64,000 nucleotides of DNA, taken from contig CALVVF010000001.1 of the NCBI GenBank assembly GCA_944363785.1, positions 2,474 to 66,473 of the forward strand, in the 5' to 3' direction. The notes beneath the pieces were generated by a model. The model did no database searches, was not told where the DNA came from, and was given only the letters and a program-made list of their open reading frames with translations. Origin of the DNA: an uncultured Bacilli bacterium (lineage in GTDB: Bacteria > Bacillota_I > Bacilli_A > RF39 > UBA660). Shown here piece by piece: positions 62,072 through 64,000 of this stretch. Every line of letters starts with the position of its first letter. Position 1 is the first letter of the stretch. Both the position numbers and the translations under genes were made by a program.

Positions 62072-63595
62072 ATGAATAAGAAGACTTTAATTGTTTGTTT
62101 ATTAATTGTAGCTGTTACTTTAATTTTAATGGGAGCAAGCTATGCCTATTTTACGGCTATAGGAACTTCTGATGAACAGGTAGTACAAAGTGGTGTGTTA
62201 GAGCTAACATATTTAACCGGTAAAGATATTACATTAGAAGGTATTTTTCCATCAGAAGAGGTAGATGCAGGAGTTCATCAGTTTGCGGTTGAAAATACCG
62301 GTACTTTAGATGCAACATATTATATGTATTTAGATAATATTGTTCTACAAAAAAATGGACAAGATACCCATAGTGAAAACTTGAAATGGAAACTATATAG
62401 TGCCGATGAAAATTATATAGAGCAAAGCGAGATAATAAACGGTAGTTTCATAGATGGAAATAGTACGATCGAACTAGATACTGAATTAGCTATTCGTCCA
62501 GGTGAGAAACATTATTATATTCTAAAAATATGGTTACAAGAAACCGGACAAGCACAAAATGAAGATCAAGGTTTAACTTTTAGTGCGCAAGTAATTGCAA
62601 CGACAGAACAGAAAACCATTAATAAAGCTTTGGTAGATACCATTAAAACAGAAGCAGTACCAGATAATATCGCTAGTGAGTTTGTTACTAGTCCTACAGG
62701 AATTGACTTTGGGAGGTTTTCTAGTGATACGAACGGCAAAGGATTATACACTGTACATGGAACAGAAAATAATCCTAATCCCATTATGTATTATCGTGGA
62801 GATGTAAAAAACAATAATGTAAAATTTGCGAACTTCTGTTGGAAAATAGTTAGAACGACCGAGACTGGTGGAGTGAAGTTAATCTATAATGGAGAACCTG
62901 ATGAAAATGGACAGTGTACGGCAATGTGGGATGATACTACTATAGGAACTAGTAGCTTTAATGCTAATAGTAATGACAATGCCTATGTAGGCTATATGTA
63001 TGGAACGCCAGGTTCATCTACTTATGAAGATACACATAAAAATACGAATGATTCAACAGTTAAATCAGTAATCGATACATGGTATAGTGAGAATCTAGCT
63101 TCTTATACAGCTAAACTAGAGGATACCGTATGGTGTAATGATCGAAGTTTCACATCCGGAACAGGAATAGGAAATACAGAAACAGCTTATAGTCCATATA
63201 GTAGGATTTTAGCTAGGGAACAACCAACTTTAGAATGTTCAAATGAAAACGATCGTTTCACGGTAAGTGAAGCAAACGGTAATGGAGCTTTAACCTATCC
63301 AATTGCCTTATTAACTGCAGATGAAGCAGTATATGCTGGTACATTACCATTAATTACACAAACCAATAAAGATCATTATTTATATAATAATGATACATGG
63401 TGGCTTCTTTCTCCTTATTGGCATTATGAAGACGATGCACGTGTAATGGTTATTTATCAAAGTGGCAATCTAGGTAATGATAATGTCTTTGATGGCGATT
63501 ACTGTGGGGTTCGTCCTGCCATTTCCCTCAAAAAAGGAACTAAAGTAGAAGCTGGAGGAGACGGAACGGTAGAAAATCCTTATGTCGTTAAATAA
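62072..63595 (+). CDS. Secreted protein: class-2 N-module plus lectin-like head
   Basis: GASYAYFTA; WWLLSP...GVRPAISLK. Confidence 0.82.
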   Translation: MNKKTLIVCLLIVAVTLILMGASYAYFTAIGTSDEQVVQSGVLELTYLTGKDITLEGIFPSEEVDAGVHQFAVENTGTLDATYYMYLDNIVLQKNGQDTHSENLKWKLYSADENYIEQSEIINGSFIDGNSTIELDTELAIRPGEKHYYILKIWLQETGQAQNEDQGLTFSAQVIATTEQKTINKALVDTIKTEAVPDNIASEFVTSPTGIDFGRFSSDTNGKGLYTVHGTENNPNPIMYYRGDVKNNNVKFANFCWKIVRTTETGGVKLIYNGEPDENGQCTAMWDDTTIGTSSFNANSNDNAYVGYMYGTPGSSTYEDTHKNTNDSTVKSVIDTWYSENLASYTAKLEDTVWCNDRSFTSGTGIGNTETAYSPYSRILAREQPTLECSNENDRFTVSEANGNGALTYPIALLTADEAVYAGTLPLITQTNKDHYLYNNDTWWLLSPYWHYEDDARVMVIYQSGNLGNDNVFDGDYCGVRPAISLKKGTKVEAGGDGTVENPYVVK

Positions 63596-63616
63596 TAGCT
63601 AGAAAATATATATAAA

Positions 63617-63655
63617 GCTGCAGGTAATCCTAAATAAACTGCAGTTTTTATTTTG
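63617..63655 (+). terminator. Probable intrinsic terminator after the surface-protein cluster
   Basis: GCTGCAG...CTGCAGT + T tract. Confidence 0.55.
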
Positions 63656-63740
63656 TTTTTCTAAGGTTATGTTTGATAAAACTTTTACTTAAATCTTTCT
63701 TCTTTTTCTGGTATCTGGTATAATGAATCTGGTGGTAAAA

Positions 63741-63998
63741 ATGAGAAAAGAGAATATACGTAATTTTTCAATCATTGCGCATATTGATCATGGTAAAAGT
63801 ACTCTTGCCGATAGATTATTAGAAGCAACTGGTGCTCTTTCTAAACGAGAATTAAAAGAACAGACTTTAGACTCGATGGATATCGAAAGAGAACGTGGAA
63901 TTACGATTAAATTAAATGCTGTAGAGTTAAATTATCATACTAAGGGAGAAGATTATATCTTACATTTAATCGATACCCCCGGACATGTTGATTTTTCT
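63741..63998 (+). CDS. lepA: Elongation factor 4 (LepA), 5' part, truncated by window end (not in ORF track)
   Basis: Manual translation [28 protein letters not shown]...[10 protein letters not shown]...[11 protein letters not shown]; TGGTATAAT promoter upstream. Confidence 0.97.
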   Translation, partial: MRKENIRNFSIIAHIDHGKSTLADRLLEATGALSKRELKEQTLDSMDIERERGITIKLNAVELNYHTKGEDYILHLIDTPGHVDFS

Positions 63999-64000
63999 TA

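Noticed and set aside
1-64000. DGR reverse transcriptase, avd or template repeat; transposases, integrases, CRISPR arrays, rRNA/tRNA
   Set aside because: No RT-like ORF, no non-coding AAC-rich copy of the variable regions, no repeat-spacer array or structured RNA gene seen by eye

Overview
Low-GC chromosomal window from a reduced, apparently spore-forming Bacillota genome with Bacillus-like gene order (rpsT-gpr-spoIIP-yqxA-like-lepA; rnhC/cvpA/trxA/uvrC; mutL-miaA). An uncultured gut Bacilli lineage such as RF39 is my inference, not a result. Housekeeping genes include recD2 (3' part), T-box-led alaS-holA, pgi, rdgB, ppaC, uppP and lepA (5' part). Also present: a 2559-aa cyclic beta-1,2-glucan synthase-like gene, a hybrid histidine kinase, sleC-like and LysM genes, and a redox operon. 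The most striking accessory signal is a dispersed family of seven secreted proteins. Each has one of two SipW/TasA-like N-terminal modules joined to one of two heads (BspA/DUF285 LRR, or a domain ending W..SP...G.RP.ISL). Two of these heads end in NNC-codon-rich segments that look like diversity-generating retroelement (DGR) variable regions; no reverse transcriptase or template repeat is seen in the window. Two LRR members look switched off (an A8 frameshift after the ATG; a CAA>TAA stop). A second candidate system is an ankyrin protein paired with a 1049-aa protein carrying a C-terminal ADP-ribosyltransferase-like domain. No rRNA, tRNA, CRISPR array or transposase was seen. All domain calls are by-eye motif recognition, not database searches.
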